Positions 63,265 to 64,000 of a stretch of DNA of 64,000 nt are shown piece by piece (positions within the stretch are counted from its first letter, which is position 1; each line of letters begins with the position of its first letter). A program made the position numbers and the translations under genes. The DNA is from a virus. Under the pieces are notes generated by a model. That model was not told the origin of the DNA, did not search any database, and saw only the letters and a program-made list of their open reading frames with translations. The stretch spans positions 64,003 through 128,002 of the IMG/VR virus record IMGVR_UViG_3300028534_000015. The stretch is one strand, 5' to 3'.

Positions 63265-64000
63265 TTAAAAACCTAAATCGTCTCCGCCGTCATCACTTTC
63301 TGGTTCGTTTTCTTGTCCTTCGTCTTCATTGTTATCGTTTTCAGACTGACTATCGGAATTTTCCTCTTCTTCAACTTCTTCCTCAAATTTTTCAAAAATC
63401 CTATTAGACTTTGTTGAAATTCCTTTAAGTTCTTTTAATGGTTTCTTAAGCGCCTCTGTAAGTTGTTTGAGATATATATTGTTATCTATTAATGGATTAA
63501 ATGTACTTTCTCCAGTAATTGCTGTAGAAACAATATTGCTTAGTTCAGGCATATAACCTATACTTGCTATGTAATCTCTCATGATGGACGCCTTGATTAT
63601 TTTCTTCAATGCTTCTGCATTAACACCAAGTTCACCAACCATCTCTTCTGTCATAAACTCATCAGATATATAGAAATCTAAAACATAATCTAACTCGTCA
63701 GCCTTATCTTTAACATCATTTTTAGCTCTGTCGTCTTCTAATGTTTTAATTTCTGGTAGATAAATTCTGTATGAATTAATAAACTTCTTCTTAACCGTTT
63801 CAATGATTAATTTATCAGGATAGTTTTTCTTCTCTATTTTTCTAAATAGAGATTTTATCTTTGGTATTCTTGTTTTTATTAATTCTTCAAGTTTAAAAAG
63901 ATAGAGACCGTCAACGCTAAGAAGTTTTCTAACATTTTCTGTTAGCATTTTGTTAGTTGCTTCTTGACGTTCTTTAGCTCTAAGTGTTGCCATAGCATTT
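63265..64000 (-). CDS. Portal protein C-terminal part (phiKZ gp129-like), partial
   Basis: ORF open to window end; YISDEFM...GYMPEL motif and acidic tail as in phiKZ-like portals. Confidence 0.6.
   Translation of the reverse strand, partial: NAMATLRAKERQEATNKMLTENVRKLLSVDGLYLFKLEELIKTRIPKIKSLFRKIEKKNYPDKLIIETVKKKFINSYRIYLPEIKTLEDDRAKNDVKDKADELDYVLDFYISDEFMTEEMVGELGVNAEALKKIIKASIMRDYIASIGYMPELSNIVSTAITGESTFNPLIDNNIYLKQLTEALKKPLKELKGISTKSNRIFEKFEEEVEEEENSDSQSENDNNEDEGQENEPESDDGGDDLGF

Noticed and set aside
1-64000. Stop-codon reassignment
   Set aside because: Core genes are full length in the standard code and TAA, TAG and TGA all end genes
1-64000. Uracil-substituted DNA as in some AT-rich phiKZ relatives
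   Set aside because: Cannot be read from sequence and no diagnostic nucleotide-metabolism genes lie in this window

Overview
A 64-kb, strongly AT-rich, densely coding segment of a phiKZ-related, probably nucleus-forming (Chimalliviridae-like) jumbo myophage that uses the standard genetic code. Five split RNA polymerase subunits are recognisable: virion RNAP gp80-, gp178- and gp180-like, and non-virion RNAP gp55- and gp123-like. A divergent chimallin candidate lies directly upstream of the gp55-like gene. Morphogenesis genes include terminase large subunit, tail sheath and tube, central spike, prohead protease, a 1960-aa tape-measure/lytic protein and a partial portal. Also present are a RuvC-like resolvase, an i-/o-spanin pair (implying a diderm host), two HNH nucleases, a host-type RecJ and a DarG-like macrodomain. 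The accessory region at about 13.4-26.4 kb holds the most unusual material. It contains an ORF-free, ~390-nt, extensively base-paired unit with its own promoter-like motif and terminator (candidate new large ncRNA, 22601-22990), a G-rich hairpin island with GNA-triloop mini-hairpins (candidate origin, 21600-21960), duplicated promoter/leader cassettes and an array of small, possibly paralogous ORFs. An in-frame T_TTT_TTC slippery site at 5602-5608 suggests an unannotated -1 frameshift of the tail-chaperone type. Family assignments are from motif recognition and synteny recalled from phiKZ-like phages; no database search was run, and gp numbers are approximate orthology calls.
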